From a virus (lineage: Duplodnaviria > Caudoviricetes), in the IMG/VR virus record IMGVR_UViG_3300021185_002017: a DNA stretch of 64,000 bases; one strand, given 5' to 3'. Positions 30,801 to 39,393 of the stretch are shown here, piece after piece; position 1 is the stretch's first letter; each line of letters begins with the position of its first letter. Both the position numbers and the translations under genes were made by a program. The notes under the pieces are model-generated. The model was given only the letters and a program-made list of their open reading frames with translations. It made no database searches and had not been told where the DNA came from.

Positions 30801-33800
30801 ACCCCGATGGGTTGAGAAGAGGCAAAAAAGTTAGACCTAGAACAGTATCATCTGGTGCCAGGACTATGCCGAGAACAACTACATTAAACACAACTTCGTT
30901 TAATCCAGTAATACCTAACATTGTTAGTAGTGGAATTGGAGCGGCTGTTTTCGCACAAGGCGGAGCAGGCATGGGAGGTAACGGCAAGCCAAATACAAGT
31001 ATCGGCACTGGTTATAACAGTGGCGTAGGCTTACAACTTTCTCCAAACATAAATATTTCATCATTTTTAGGATTTGGACATCAGCAGAATCCACCTAGTG
31101 CAGTGCCTACACCACCTCCGTTAGGAGCTGCAGGTATGTTCAATAGGTTGATAACAGCAGTTAAGATAAAACCAAAGAAACAAACACCTATTAAACCTAA
31201 TCCAAGTACAGGCTCACCTGTACTAACAGGAACAGCAGTGCATGTTGCACCACCACCTAAGTGTGGAGAATTAGTAATTCCAGTGCCACCGCCACCTCCT
31301 GTACCACCTAATCTTCCGCCAAACGGAGCAGACGATAAGTTTACAACAGCTCAGGATACACCTGTTTCAGGAAATGTATTAGCAAACGATACAGACCCTG
31401 AGGGCGATCCATTAACATCAGTTAACTTTACAGATCCTTCTTTTGGTACATTAAGTGGAACAACTACAAGTGGTGCGTTTACATATACACCAAATGCAGG
31501 ATACGCAGGTACAGATGCATTCTTTTATGACTCAACTGATGGTACTAATACTAATAAACAAAAAGTTACTATTGAGGTATCTGTTAATCCACCTAAGCCA
31601 ACAATATACGAAAAGTGTGAATACCAAGAACAGTCTACATCAGCCAACAGAACAGGACATAGTGGACAGTACGATTACTGGACATACATGATTCCAGCAT
31701 CCGGTCCTGTAAAAATTATAATGGACATGTACAGTGCCGCTGATAGACTAGAGGCACATCAGGTAAATTCAAAAGGACAACAAACTGGAAAAGTACTAGT
31801 TAGTACTAGCAGTGGTGTAAGAAAAGCATCAGATGCAGAAAAATCTAAACTAACATCAGGAAAGACTCAGACTCCACAACAAAGTTATCCTAACTTGAAC
31901 CCAACAGGCAGAGGCGGTGCGTATGCTGGCCCAGGTTCATATACGCCAACTTATAATCCTACACTAACAGATTTCCGACAGGAAGGCGATAAGATTGCAT
32001 ACTGTGGTGTATTAGAGTTCAACTTTAATCCTAATGCAGGTGGTAATTACTTAGTAGTTAAAGTTCGTAAGGACAGTAGTGTTTATAGATATATGATATG
32101 CTATCCAACTACTACTAACACAGGTAATGCAATTCCTCCTAGCACACCAGCAGGTAACTATTCCGGTTCTAGTCAACCAGCACCATCATGGCATGGTTAC
32201 AATAGTACTCCAACATATCAGCCAACTGGACAAGCAACTACAAAGCCAAAGAATACTGTAGGAGTTATTAATGTTAACCCTGGCTCCGGAGGCGGCGGCT
32301 GGAACAGAAATCAATTCTTAGGTTCAGTTACATATTCACATAACTATGGTGGATTCAGTGTTGCGCCTATGGCAGGTTACTCCCATGTTCCGAGTGTGTT
32401 TAAGAAAACAGTAAAAACTGTAAACCCACAGAACATAGGCAGAGAAGCAGACTTAACTGATAATAGATATGTAAACAACACAATGCAACGAGTTTCAGGA
32501 GGAAGAATAATTCCTCTAAGTGCTCCTCCACAGCAACCTATTCAAATTGCTAATAGAGGAATCAATGGTCTCAATTTAAGTCAATACCCAGGTTCAAGTC
32601 ATTTGGCTAACTCAGGTACAATGAAAAATATCACAGTAGCACATCAAATACTACAAATAGCAAGTAGTAATTATGATCTACAGAATCTTTCAAACCCTGG
32701 TTCATCATCTGGATTTGGCACAGCAGGAACAAACGGCTTTAACACAAACGGCACTAGTGGAGCAGGAGGCTCAGGTGTTGGCGGCTTTAATGATTCGTTT
32801 AATGGATTTACTACAAGTGTTGGCGGAAACACAGCAGGCTTTAATAGAGCTGGAACAAATACTCCAGGTAGTACAAGTAACATTCCTGGATACAACGATG
32901 CGGTATTTACTACTACTCCTGCAGGACCTCCAACAATTATACCAGGTTCTGATATAGGTAATAATCCTTACATGGCAGGACTAGATCCAAATTCGTTTGG
33001 TAGAAGATTAACATCACCCGAAACATTAAATTCAGATGATGCACCAATTAACGAACTTATTGATTGGACACAAGATCCTGAAATAGAATTTACACCGAAA
33101 AAGAAAATTACTAATCCAGACGGAACATTTACTTATGTACCAGATGGTCCACCAGCAAGAGCAAAAATTTCTAGACCTACACCAAGTGTATTATTTACAG
33201 AAGACGGTGTGGGAAATTTAACACCAGGTGACGAATTTATTATTAATAATAAAAAGATTACTATTCCGGCAGTTCCGGGTGCAGTGTTAAATGAAATTGA
33301 ATGTAATGGTGGGTTTGGATATACAGCATCAGGTACTTCAAGCAAAGGTCAAAGAGCAGTTAAAGTAAGTAGTTGTTCAGCAGCACCAATTACTGTTAGA
33401 GACGGTTGTAGAGGCGGAGCATACAAAGAAGTATTAGACTTCCACATTGTTAGAACTTTCCAACAATTGTCTGCTACAGCAGCACCATTCAACAGTCAAA
33501 CAGATATGTCGGGCCTTACAAGTAGTACATCAGGCACACATGTTGCTGGCGTAACAAGTGCAACTGTAAGTACAACTACAACTAACTCAGGTAATACAAT
33601 AACACAAACACCTACTATGACAACTAACACTGAGTTTACAGGTGGTAGTGGTTATGTTGTTGGCGATAGATTAAGAGTTGTAGGTGGTACACCAGTACCA
33701 TCACCGTTTGGTAAACTACATGAATTATGTGTTGAACTTCCAGGTGCATTCTATTCATCAGAGGCAAATGTTAAAGTATTTGTTGGTGACGGAACAACAC

Positions 33801-36800
33801 CAGGTGCATCAGCCTCAGTTGGTTCTGTTAAATTAGATGCAAAAGGTGGCATACAATCAGTAAACATAAGTAACCCAGGCTTCGGATACGATCCTTCAAG
33901 GCCTCCAGTTATTAGAGTTGTTGATGTAGGTAAAGGTTCAACAGAGCAACCAAACATGCCTGCTAAAATTAGACCTGTAATTAAAATGGAAGTAATGAAT
34001 GCACAAGGCAATTTTGTTCCATCACAAGGTTCACCTGATCGTGTTGCTAAGTTTGTTGTTACAGCAGTACATCCTGATACTAAAGCAATTTTAGGATTGC
34101 GAGTTATAGACAGAGGTGTATATAAAGAATTCCCATCAGATCTAAGTCAGGGTATACCATTAGAATATGATTATCCTAACATAGGCGACGGCATTTCAGC
34201 AGGTGGTTCCGGTCTAGGTTCAATAGATCCAATCACAGGTGAATCACTTGGAGATCCAGGTAACTATGCACCAGGGTCAGGTAAGTACGGTGATCTTACT
34301 TCACATGGAGAAAGTGGTTCCGGAGCAAGAATTTATTTAACAGCAAGAGAGATACCAGACTGTTCAGAAAAAGCAGATGTATTAAGTAAGTTAGGAATTC
34401 CTGGACAAGAAGTTTCTTATCCAGTTACACAGCATTTAGCAGATCTTTTAAACACAGCATTACTAAATGCAGGATATGATCCTAACGATATTAACTTTGA
34501 TGTATCTCCTATTAATGATGATATAGACGAGCTAGTTTTAAATGCCCCAGGATATGACGGAATAGAATTTGATGAGTTAACACCTGGGTTCTTAGACAAG
34601 TTGGGTATACCGATTGGAGACTACAATCCAGATGTTGGTGACTTACAAGCAGTTGACGGAACACCGCAAAACGACGAAAACCTTAGAGATAAAGATGACA
34701 TTAACAATCTAGGCCTAGGCGGACTTAATCCAGGTTCAGGCGATGGATCAGGCTTCCCAGATGGAAGTATACCAGGCTTAGGCAATGGCGGTCCAGGTAA
34801 CGACGGATTAGGATTAGGCGGACCTGGTGGTAATGGCTTAGGCGGACCAGGCACTGGTGGTAATTCTAATATTCCAGGGTTTGGTGATGACTACAGTTCA
34901 GGTACTGACTTGCCAGAAGAAGTAATGGTTGTTTACGGTGTAGACAACGGCGGCTTTGGCAGTGACGGCAGTAGTATGCTAGGCGATGCAAATGTTACTT
35001 ATGTTGGTGATCTATATCAATACGAATTAAGAAATTTAGATGGAACATTTGTACAATCTACTAACGATGCAAGAAATGCAAAAGTATTATATTTAGAAAG
35101 TCAAAGATATGCAAACGAAGATCTTATTGCACAAAACGATGGTGCAAACATATCTAACACAGTAAGCGAATTTGGTAATGTATGGATTGATAACTATCAA
35201 AACAACGGCTGGGCATATTTAGAAAACGGTACAGTAATTAGAGAACAAGAACCTTTAGTAGATGCCAAGTATATTAAGAACACTATTGTGTACGATAGCA
35301 CAACTGGTAATAAAGATTACGACTACGACATGTGGGATCCGTTTAAAGGCGTATTACCTGCATTTGTTGATGCTGAAATAACATATACTAGTAAATCAGA
35401 TCCTGTAGTTTATACAAACACTCGTGCTGTATTTGGCAGACCAAATGTTGGACAAACATGGTGGAACACTAACACAGTTAGATATAACTGGTACGAGCAA
35501 GGAACAAACAGAGAGCGTTGGTTAAATTGGGGTAGCACATTCCCTGGTAGTGCAATAACACTATTTGAATGGGTTGAAAGTGATGTGCCTCCTTTAGAGT
35601 ATGCTGCTAATGGCGGAACTGGTACTCCTAAAAACGGTAGTGAGTTTATCATTGAAAGAAGAATTGACCCAGCAACTAATCAGTATAGAAACTATTACTA
35701 TTATTGGGTACAGAATGTAAGCTCTATTTCTACACTAGCATCACAACTTGCTGGTAGAAAAACAACTACATTTAACTTAGCAAGATTCTTAGCAGATCCA
35801 ATTGGACAAGGCTTAAACACTGTGAGCTTTATTAGTGCAGGTAAGCACGATCCAAATGCATTAAGTATTGCTGATACTAAAGTTGCAAGTTTTATAATGG
35901 GTAACCTTACTAAAACATTGCGTGAAGATGAGCAGAACATACAAATTAATCTAAGCAGAAACATTAACCCTGTTGGATTAAAACATGCTTCGTGGAAGTT
36001 GTTAAGAGAAAATGATAACAACAGTAATGTACCTGAAGATATAGCACAAAAACTAATTGACAGTTTATGTGAAATTGACTCTGCAGGAAACAAAGTACCA
36101 GCAGATAACCTCAGTGATATTGAGCGTTACGGTGTTGGCTTCCGTCCTCGTCAAACAATGTTTAAAAAGCCTAAAGAGGCAAGACGAGTATTACAATATA
36201 TCTTAAATGAAATACTAGCAGATACAAAATTAAATACATTACATCCAGGCTGGGATTCAAACTTAACAACTAATACATACGTTGAGAATATAAACTGGTT
36301 TGAAACTATTTACACAGATGATATAACTAACGAAAAGATTAGATATGACGATACATATAAAGCATCGTTTACAGTTGAAAGTGTTAAAGAGCTAGGTAAA
36401 TTAAACAGCAGTACTATTGTAGACGGTACTATTGTAATGGTTAAGGCTGGCAGAAACAGCAGATTCCAGTTATGGAGATGGAGCCCAGCACTAAGCAAGT
36501 TCTCACTAATTGCTATTGAAAAAGAAACAGTTAAATTAAAAGATACAATCTTTACAGATGATATAAATGAAACAATGCAAACAGAATTGAGAGCATTGTT
36601 ACTAGCACTTAAAGATGTTGTGTTTGCAAACACACCACAATTTAATGAAGTATTCTTTGAACTATTAAAATACATAATGGGCGAACAGGCTGAATTAGAT
36701 TGGGCATTTAAAACTTCATATGTTTACATTGAAAAAGAAGAGGAAGATCTTGTACAACGCACAGGATTTAAACCAGACAACTTTGAAAGTGTAATTGAAT

Positions 36801-38695
36801 ACATGAATGAAGTTAAGCCTTACACAGCAAAAATTAGAGAATATAAAGACGGTAAACGAGCACCACTAGAATACATTAATGAACAAATGGTTAGTGACTA
36901 TGATGTACCGGCATACCCAGATCCAGCACTAAGCGAAGTTAGAACATTAGACTTCCACAATGGTGCTGACAGAAATATTATGTCTAACAGCAATGACTAT
37001 GCTAAAGCATTTGGTGCTTACAGTTTAAGTCAAGCCGAATGGGGACCAACAGCACCAGTTCGTACTAACAAAGTTAGCATGATTTTTGATAGAGTTGATT
37101 GGCGTTTAGCGGCGTATGGACACAATGCGGCATCACAAAGTTATACAGTTAGCATAGCAGAAAATATTGCAGACATTAACTCAAACAGTATAGCAAATGT
37201 TAGTAATGTTTCATCTAACAGTTATTCAGCAAGTGGTAGAATGTTTAAGTTTGATCCAGATGTTAGAGCACAATTTGAAAAAGATGTAGCAGGATATATT
37301 TACTCTACAAACTTTGCAGTAACAGATGAAAGATATAGATCAGTAACACAAGAAGATTACGGTAATGTAATTATTACAGATACATCAAATGCTATTCAAA
37401 TACAAGGTGCAGTTGAATCAGGTGCATTGGCTAAAACATTATACTTGATCAAAGAAAAAGTTGGCGGCACATGGCAAGGTGAAGAGCTAGATGCTAACGT
37501 GTTTGCAATGACAGTTTCAGGTCAAGACTCATTAATGTTACAAGGTTCGTTCGGTTACGATACTACAGAGTTTGATGCAACTTCAGGATTTGGTTCACAG
37601 TTTGACAGCATGATTAATGTTGAAAACTACGAAGGAACATTTACAGGAAATAGTACTTACAGAGAAGGCGGTATTACTTATGATGGCTTTGACGGCGTAT
37701 CGTTTAATCAAATGTTGTACGGTGAAGAAAGACCAGAGGAACTTGTTTATTTAAGTCCGTTAGAAAACTTTGTTATGCATGTAACAACAGACCCAATTGC
37801 ATATGGTGCAAATAATGTACCGATTGCTGCTATTAGTGTAGGACCATATGTAGCTGCAAATATTTCAAATTCAGTTGCTAATGTTGTAACAATTACAAGT
37901 CCACAGGCGGCTACATTGCTTAATGATGCAGATACTGTTACATTAACTGATACAGGTAATACAATTTTAAGTGGTTCGTTTACAATTGCTAATGTTACAA
38001 CTACTAGTTTTGAAATACCATTAGCAGGTGTAAACAGTACAGTTATTACTAATGCTGGTGATGTTACAATTACTAGCGGTGTATCAGCAGTAAGAACAGA
38101 GTATCTTGTACACCAAGACTTATTTGGTGGTGACGAGTATTTAAGAATTTTAGGCGATGGCTCAGGTTCAACTACAACTGCTACAGCAATTAATGCATGG
38201 GACACAGAAATTGAAGTCTCAGATGCTAGTAAGTTACCGATACCTAAAGCAAGTATTCCAGGTGCTGTGTGGATTGATAACAGTGAAAGAATTGAATATC
38301 TCAAGATATCAGGTAATAAATTACTTGGTGTAACTAGAGGAACAAGAGGTACTACAGTACCAAATGGCCCAGTTTACACATACGATTCAAGCAATAATGC
38401 AATATTAGGTAATACTTTTGTTGCTCACCCTGCAGGAGCACCAGTTGTTTCCGCTGGTAAAGCAGATGTGTTTGATGCTTCGATTAAAGACGGTGGTAGC
38501 GAAGGCTTTGCAAACAGAGACCCAAGTGTTGCAAATTGGCTAAAAGCAGACGGTTCACAGAAAAGTATTACTGATGTTACCAATAGAAATACCGGAAGTG
38601 GAAGCACAATTGCTGCATTCTTACACGGTGATTCAGTATCAAGTGTTGGTTTTGATAGTAGACCATGGGATTCAGTTGCATGGGACAGCATTTAA
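21845..38695 (+). CDS. Giant virion structural protein (5616 aa), gp7-like baseplate wedge/fibre scaffold with accessory domains
   Basis: Single uninterrupted ORF after gp6. The N-terminus (FVPPIDIDKFVNYQEYYW) resembles large myophage wedge proteins. Embedded YHYH-like, CBM5/12-like, Ig/cadherin-like, Pro-rich and Gly-rich segments. Confidence 0.8.
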   Translation: MSDKIVKQLPVVLQTKAVRNFFEATVEQLYSEANTVPLAGFIGKKTGDDAKLQGAFIKEDNADRRQYNLTPAVNNINPVTGDSENLIFYDEFIDTLKVYGVNTSNHNKLFGSRYRSFVPPIDIDKFVNYQEYYWHPAGLDALEIGADNQAPLNLEKDVLGKKEFTYDGTTFRNGMTVIFADSGFTIPANATTLPIKAGIAYIVQGVGTGIKLVEKSITSSTEYGGANLAEPDYIIQQRGAANKNAWSRVNHWYHRDNFLEAGDELPDRAHRAKRPIIEFDADLELFDHGTTSYGEPTVNVTGIVRADIENQPTKHIDTRELRDGDVLLFLNEDEDAKRFLYTVSGVNTGIVLIPTSSTPIAVGQTVTIAEGNVFKGIDYIFNGTDYVQAQRKIKTNQAPLFNLYDDAGNALNHNGLYNNSDFAGNKIFGYKEGVGVKDTELGFPLTYTPYKSVSEITFENYIHTDRSQYTPFGTHTAKTVLGTYYYKLLKDVPEYHSSFKESKIRNEQCVITTHYITQFDVDDNKLIYNIGATPDILVSRSSGYDILVKVNGSIVTDYTYVAPTDIKFNTFTFKPGDVIDVEVGTATGISKITDSRYDLPLSWRSNPYNKEIELVAEPDYMSHFKRYIERQDGFTGSALGSNNFASTAKEIVHAKDIVQTDQDLMVAAFALDDQPHNLVDALRFTAREYEKFRARLIKEINQYYERFDTANLSKEYILEQALRSLISFSIGKDIFGTSYVLPFGDNYLKQEFDVADINSTVYVLDDYADLDEITNSLLVYHVTAATNTQDLLTVESDYTISSVNPITITVTKQLELGDSIVTKLYDKDRDSAECPATPSTLGLYTLCRPRVETDNSFKTPQQLLIGHDCSKTLLQGDIRDEILLEFEIRLYNSAAQQFRSTDSFPRLNVGDVRSGAFRSTNQSPREYADLLRNSFTNWTKSSNVDYSTNEFYDANDTLTWNYRGEQDLPGHWRGWFEYYYDTVRPHTHPWEMLGFYEEPTWWVSEYGTNYTMTNEVMWKDLEQGIIRQGDRENFVNGDYLTDNPWRRIGLLNLLPVDTTNVLLSPGQITGTGSTTKTETWTNLRPSSSLVSDAFRDIAGTNNLPNGINITYGSSSSLRVLFDAFDVGNVSSKAQAGTFWDYDGTIGGASSLTQYATGFQEGFDGFETPYIFVEDITTRKTYQLYNYTAVNLTDPGEIIREENVLVADTTIGLTSTGTPLLNVSNVSSWQDEDAWHYSNTFRNNANGNGTYFIEPEHAGLTEWDKTEHSPIVGWAFDGLPIYGPYGYNRYATDGTLVGVDANDAITPIKSAFELRTGQRSSGPLGIYTGEFVEDYTYNVSLGGTAGYVGHSQKGGIAKYNMRWGVTPESPDTPIYFYVATIDTNEQPMFPYAIGGTQTASPTIFEPHYYAAPVEQEANNNGSIVGSGEIVAVSSSLVITPSTTASLINNPWRFGDGAPVENAWKYSVNYPFAVTEALLLSQPGRFVTLFSDPLRNTSPVLQPNKIINTVDRTPFDFRNENHFGIHGSVNSAGDVVTNVGYSQFIHSWLTYQNLNTTTDFADKLKNVNIKLAHRVAGFTDKDTLIVKADQQGLTSTTNSLIIPSENVDVVVHASPYKNRNFYTGLTVEKTPDGYKVRGYDKNAGYFNVLRRNKTGATTSVEVGGDAVDFVNWEPLVSYQKNTIVSYNNGYYQAPTLVTSTQTFTPSLWNRLPSLPQTGSVKGVLFLDDLPYIDRVDYQTEFTTFQEVVDLIVGLGAYQESIGYNFGDFDTEIADVRNWNYVVKQFLFWVAGGWENNNTIDLSPLASNVKFTSTTGMVAEIKRVDKNQFTLIDQDGRAIQPSECEIVREGNTIEIAPPEGIQIYGAMLFTKEIEHALVFDNVTEFNDTLFDPVYNQGQTRFKIKGKRTANWSGLFSSEGFIIQGDELRPNLDNMAQSLGRYHELGFIPVEKQIYEQARGLFGYQEREYLNNLELEDDDQFEFFKGMLQSKGTLPSLSKLSKSKNIISGDMAVYDEWAIKVGDFGDLENDQSIELKLVKSDVKHDPQLITLAFPEDTTGTIEQVDIISTEHTYFEAPTIEIAPPVPTANNVSNRTQATATALLGADGTLGAINVTYGGTGYTTAAARLNVVAGNISIANVSTQFATSIAASTDPVLDTAISGLSLTNLNITAVAAGSSNANIAVSLDVSSITSLANIATIVNENATINSHITANTVESKIQVGTNIVRQSILTLEGTDFILAEAGSTLSGLNLVAGRYQPKQRYSIAAVGDHPTKGTGATTANDITVKVNDAVVNSTYWTYDAGSRQIIPFKIATSNASLGDQNASRTTVIRGNVTVPLNDPISSDNIEKVDNISYPYASVFVNGEQIRNYPGDQRFDLTTTDLTLYDVDRLADSGISNDANVFVLERPTVEFAPSYFDDKAGASLNIKVSTNDNIAVTTGIKRLHEITPDIKTDDTILIDIDDTTRFLKKPIGERQESLWPTTSYVNAKGITDSKYTQIPNAGYVNSTTVDFSSFDVPSIGQMFRNEIVIHPEKDDLVHVAVAENEDWNVYKFKEFASVVQFVEQEENDLTAHLYTTDSLFSKTTDENQIASGIDSTRFLDYHIAIKDAIVDNKFVVWVNEQVVNQKQVRLSNITATPMIESTVSSIGPNNNLAITNISSGISSFAIGTAVPAGDGTGTVTVTTDIQMLDSAIGGTVGFATGNVTTDERYLHGNSFVASNVNIEAGTFTINEPNIAGTIPPANLTVRYFNRTTITAANHGFASGEMVKVVAGAYSGQYYVEGASQNTFMIDTPFITGGPTTGNVLHPEFKITTTEDHGITNDYAGKKIAVHNADQRFYNGVYRVKNIPTSNTILVWNSFPFADEANTNVNGTPATTCVVTTLDHDVISLNNSSIKIDNINSLDGMIDSLNDAFEARGDWISHVGSFQMRMPMLKFPMQGPGGLTPNQIGGATPRVTNFGSISKKNVNFTGVKTASPRRAQKIGFNKKKYPDGLRRGKKVRPRTVSSGARTMPRTTTLNTTSFNPVIPNIVSSGIGAAVFAQGGAGMGGNGKPNTSIGTGYNSGVGLQLSPNINISSFLGFGHQQNPPSAVPTPPPLGAAGMFNRLITAVKIKPKKQTPIKPNPSTGSPVLTGTAVHVAPPPKCGELVIPVPPPPPVPPNLPPNGADDKFTTAQDTPVSGNVLANDTDPEGDPLTSVNFTDPSFGTLSGTTTSGAFTYTPNAGYAGTDAFFYDSTDGTNTNKQKVTIEVSVNPPKPTIYEKCEYQEQSTSANRTGHSGQYDYWTYMIPASGPVKIIMDMYSAADRLEAHQVNSKGQQTGKVLVSTSSGVRKASDAEKSKLTSGKTQTPQQSYPNLNPTGRGGAYAGPGSYTPTYNPTLTDFRQEGDKIAYCGVLEFNFNPNAGGNYLVVKVRKDSSVYRYMICYPTTTNTGNAIPPSTPAGNYSGSSQPAPSWHGYNSTPTYQPTGQATTKPKNTVGVINVNPGSGGGGWNRNQFLGSVTYSHNYGGFSVAPMAGYSHVPSVFKKTVKTVNPQNIGREADLTDNRYVNNTMQRVSGGRIIPLSAPPQQPIQIANRGINGLNLSQYPGSSHLANSGTMKNITVAHQILQIASSNYDLQNLSNPGSSSGFGTAGTNGFNTNGTSGAGGSGVGGFNDSFNGFTTSVGGNTAGFNRAGTNTPGSTSNIPGYNDAVFTTTPAGPPTIIPGSDIGNNPYMAGLDPNSFGRRLTSPETLNSDDAPINELIDWTQDPEIEFTPKKKITNPDGTFTYVPDGPPARAKISRPTPSVLFTEDGVGNLTPGDEFIINNKKITIPAVPGAVLNEIECNGGFGYTASGTSSKGQRAVKVSSCSAAPITVRDGCRGGAYKEVLDFHIVRTFQQLSATAAPFNSQTDMSGLTSSTSGTHVAGVTSATVSTTTTNSGNTITQTPTMTTNTEFTGGSGYVVGDRLRVVGGTPVPSPFGKLHELCVELPGAFYSSEANVKVFVGDGTTPGASASVGSVKLDAKGGIQSVNISNPGFGYDPSRPPVIRVVDVGKGSTEQPNMPAKIRPVIKMEVMNAQGNFVPSQGSPDRVAKFVVTAVHPDTKAILGLRVIDRGVYKEFPSDLSQGIPLEYDYPNIGDGISAGGSGLGSIDPITGESLGDPGNYAPGSGKYGDLTSHGESGSGARIYLTAREIPDCSEKADVLSKLGIPGQEVSYPVTQHLADLLNTALLNAGYDPNDINFDVSPINDDIDELVLNAPGYDGIEFDELTPGFLDKLGIPIGDYNPDVGDLQAVDGTPQNDENLRDKDDINNLGLGGLNPGSGDGSGFPDGSIPGLGNGGPGNDGLGLGGPGGNGLGGPGTGGNSNIPGFGDDYSSGTDLPEEVMVVYGVDNGGFGSDGSSMLGDANVTYVGDLYQYELRNLDGTFVQSTNDARNAKVLYLESQRYANEDLIAQNDGANISNTVSEFGNVWIDNYQNNGWAYLENGTVIREQEPLVDAKYIKNTIVYDSTTGNKDYDYDMWDPFKGVLPAFVDAEITYTSKSDPVVYTNTRAVFGRPNVGQTWWNTNTVRYNWYEQGTNRERWLNWGSTFPGSAITLFEWVESDVPPLEYAANGGTGTPKNGSEFIIERRIDPATNQYRNYYYYWVQNVSSISTLASQLAGRKTTTFNLARFLADPIGQGLNTVSFISAGKHDPNALSIADTKVASFIMGNLTKTLREDEQNIQINLSRNINPVGLKHASWKLLRENDNNSNVPEDIAQKLIDSLCEIDSAGNKVPADNLSDIERYGVGFRPRQTMFKKPKEARRVLQYILNEILADTKLNTLHPGWDSNLTTNTYVENINWFETIYTDDITNEKIRYDDTYKASFTVESVKELGKLNSSTIVDGTIVMVKAGRNSRFQLWRWSPALSKFSLIAIEKETVKLKDTIFTDDINETMQTELRALLLALKDVVFANTPQFNEVFFELLKYIMGEQAELDWAFKTSYVYIEKEEEDLVQRTGFKPDNFESVIEYMNEVKPYTAKIREYKDGKRAPLEYINEQMVSDYDVPAYPDPALSEVRTLDFHNGADRNIMSNSNDYAKAFGAYSLSQAEWGPTAPVRTNKVSMIFDRVDWRLAAYGHNAASQSYTVSIAENIADINSNSIANVSNVSSNSYSASGRMFKFDPDVRAQFEKDVAGYIYSTNFAVTDERYRSVTQEDYGNVIITDTSNAIQIQGAVESGALAKTLYLIKEKVGGTWQGEELDANVFAMTVSGQDSLMLQGSFGYDTTEFDATSGFGSQFDSMINVENYEGTFTGNSTYREGGITYDGFDGVSFNQMLYGEERPEELVYLSPLENFVMHVTTDPIAYGANNVPIAAISVGPYVAANISNSVANVVTITSPQAATLLNDADTVTLTDTGNTILSGSFTIANVTTTSFEIPLAGVNSTVITNAGDVTITSGVSAVRTEYLVHQDLFGGDEYLRILGDGSGSTTTATAINAWDTEIEVSDASKLPIPKASIPGAVWIDNSERIEYLKISGNKLLGVTRGTRGTTVPNGPVYTYDSSNNAILGNTFVAHPAGAPVVSAGKADVFDASIKDGGSEGFANRDPSVANWLKADGSQKSITDVTNRNTGSGSTIAAFLHGDSVSSVGFDSRPWDSVAWDSI

Positions 38696-38715
38696 AATGT
38701 AGTTTAATGAAAAGT

Positions 38716-38723
38716 GATAAATA
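38716..38723 (+). promoter_or_regulatory. Late promoter (GATAAATA)
   Basis: Just upstream of ATG 38730. Confidence 0.65.
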
Positions 38724-38729
38724 AGTACA

Positions 38730-39380
38730 ATGCAAGAAGACAAGGCAAAAGATTTGGATAATATGGAAAAGCAAGAACAAGTTGTTGATAATGCTGGTTT
38801 AAACATGAGTGGACACATTGTGATCCGCGATGCAGAAACCAAAGAAGAATTAATCAACAAAAGAAATGCTATACATTACGGCAATATGGCACGAATTGTA
38901 GCAGAGGCATTAAACAACACTGCTGATTCACATATTAACTTTATTGCTTTTGGCAACGGCGGAACAAGTGTTGATACAGCAGGTGGTAAGGTTTTATACC
39001 GTTCACCTAGAGTTAGTGAAGCATTCGAAGCATCGGCTTCGTTATATAATAAAACGCATCACAAATCAATACATGGTGTTGACGCTGATGAGAATAATAA
39101 AATAGAAATTATTACTGGGTCTTCTTATACTGATATTAAAATGACAGTGACTTTGGGATATAACGAACCAGATAGTGCAAGTAATCCACAAGATGTATTT
39201 GATAGCAGTACAGATAATACAGGTGATTACATATTTGATGAATTAGGAGTTTTTACAAAGGCACAAAACTTTGATGCAGATAACCCGAAGATGTTAACTC
39301 ATGTAATCTTTCACCCAGTTCAAAAAAGCCAGAACAGGGTAATAGAAATAATTTATACAATTAGGGTTCAGTTAAGTTAA
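38730..39380 (+). CDS. Putative baseplate/tail-fibre attachment structural protein
   Basis: GHIVIRD, IAFGNGG, YIFDELG and LTHVIFHPVQKSQNRVIEIIYTIRVQ motifs resemble tail-collar/fibre base proteins. Sits between the giant wedge protein and the fibre gene. Confidence 0.55.
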   Translation: MQEDKAKDLDNMEKQEQVVDNAGLNMSGHIVIRDAETKEELINKRNAIHYGNMARIVAEALNNTADSHINFIAFGNGGTSVDTAGGKVLYRSPRVSEAFEASASLYNKTHHKSIHGVDADENNKIEIITGSSYTDIKMTVTLGYNEPDSASNPQDVFDSSTDNTGDYIFDELGVFTKAQNFDADNPKMLTHVIFHPVQKSQNRVIEIIYTIRVQLS

Positions 39381-39393
39381 GAGGAAATTTTAA

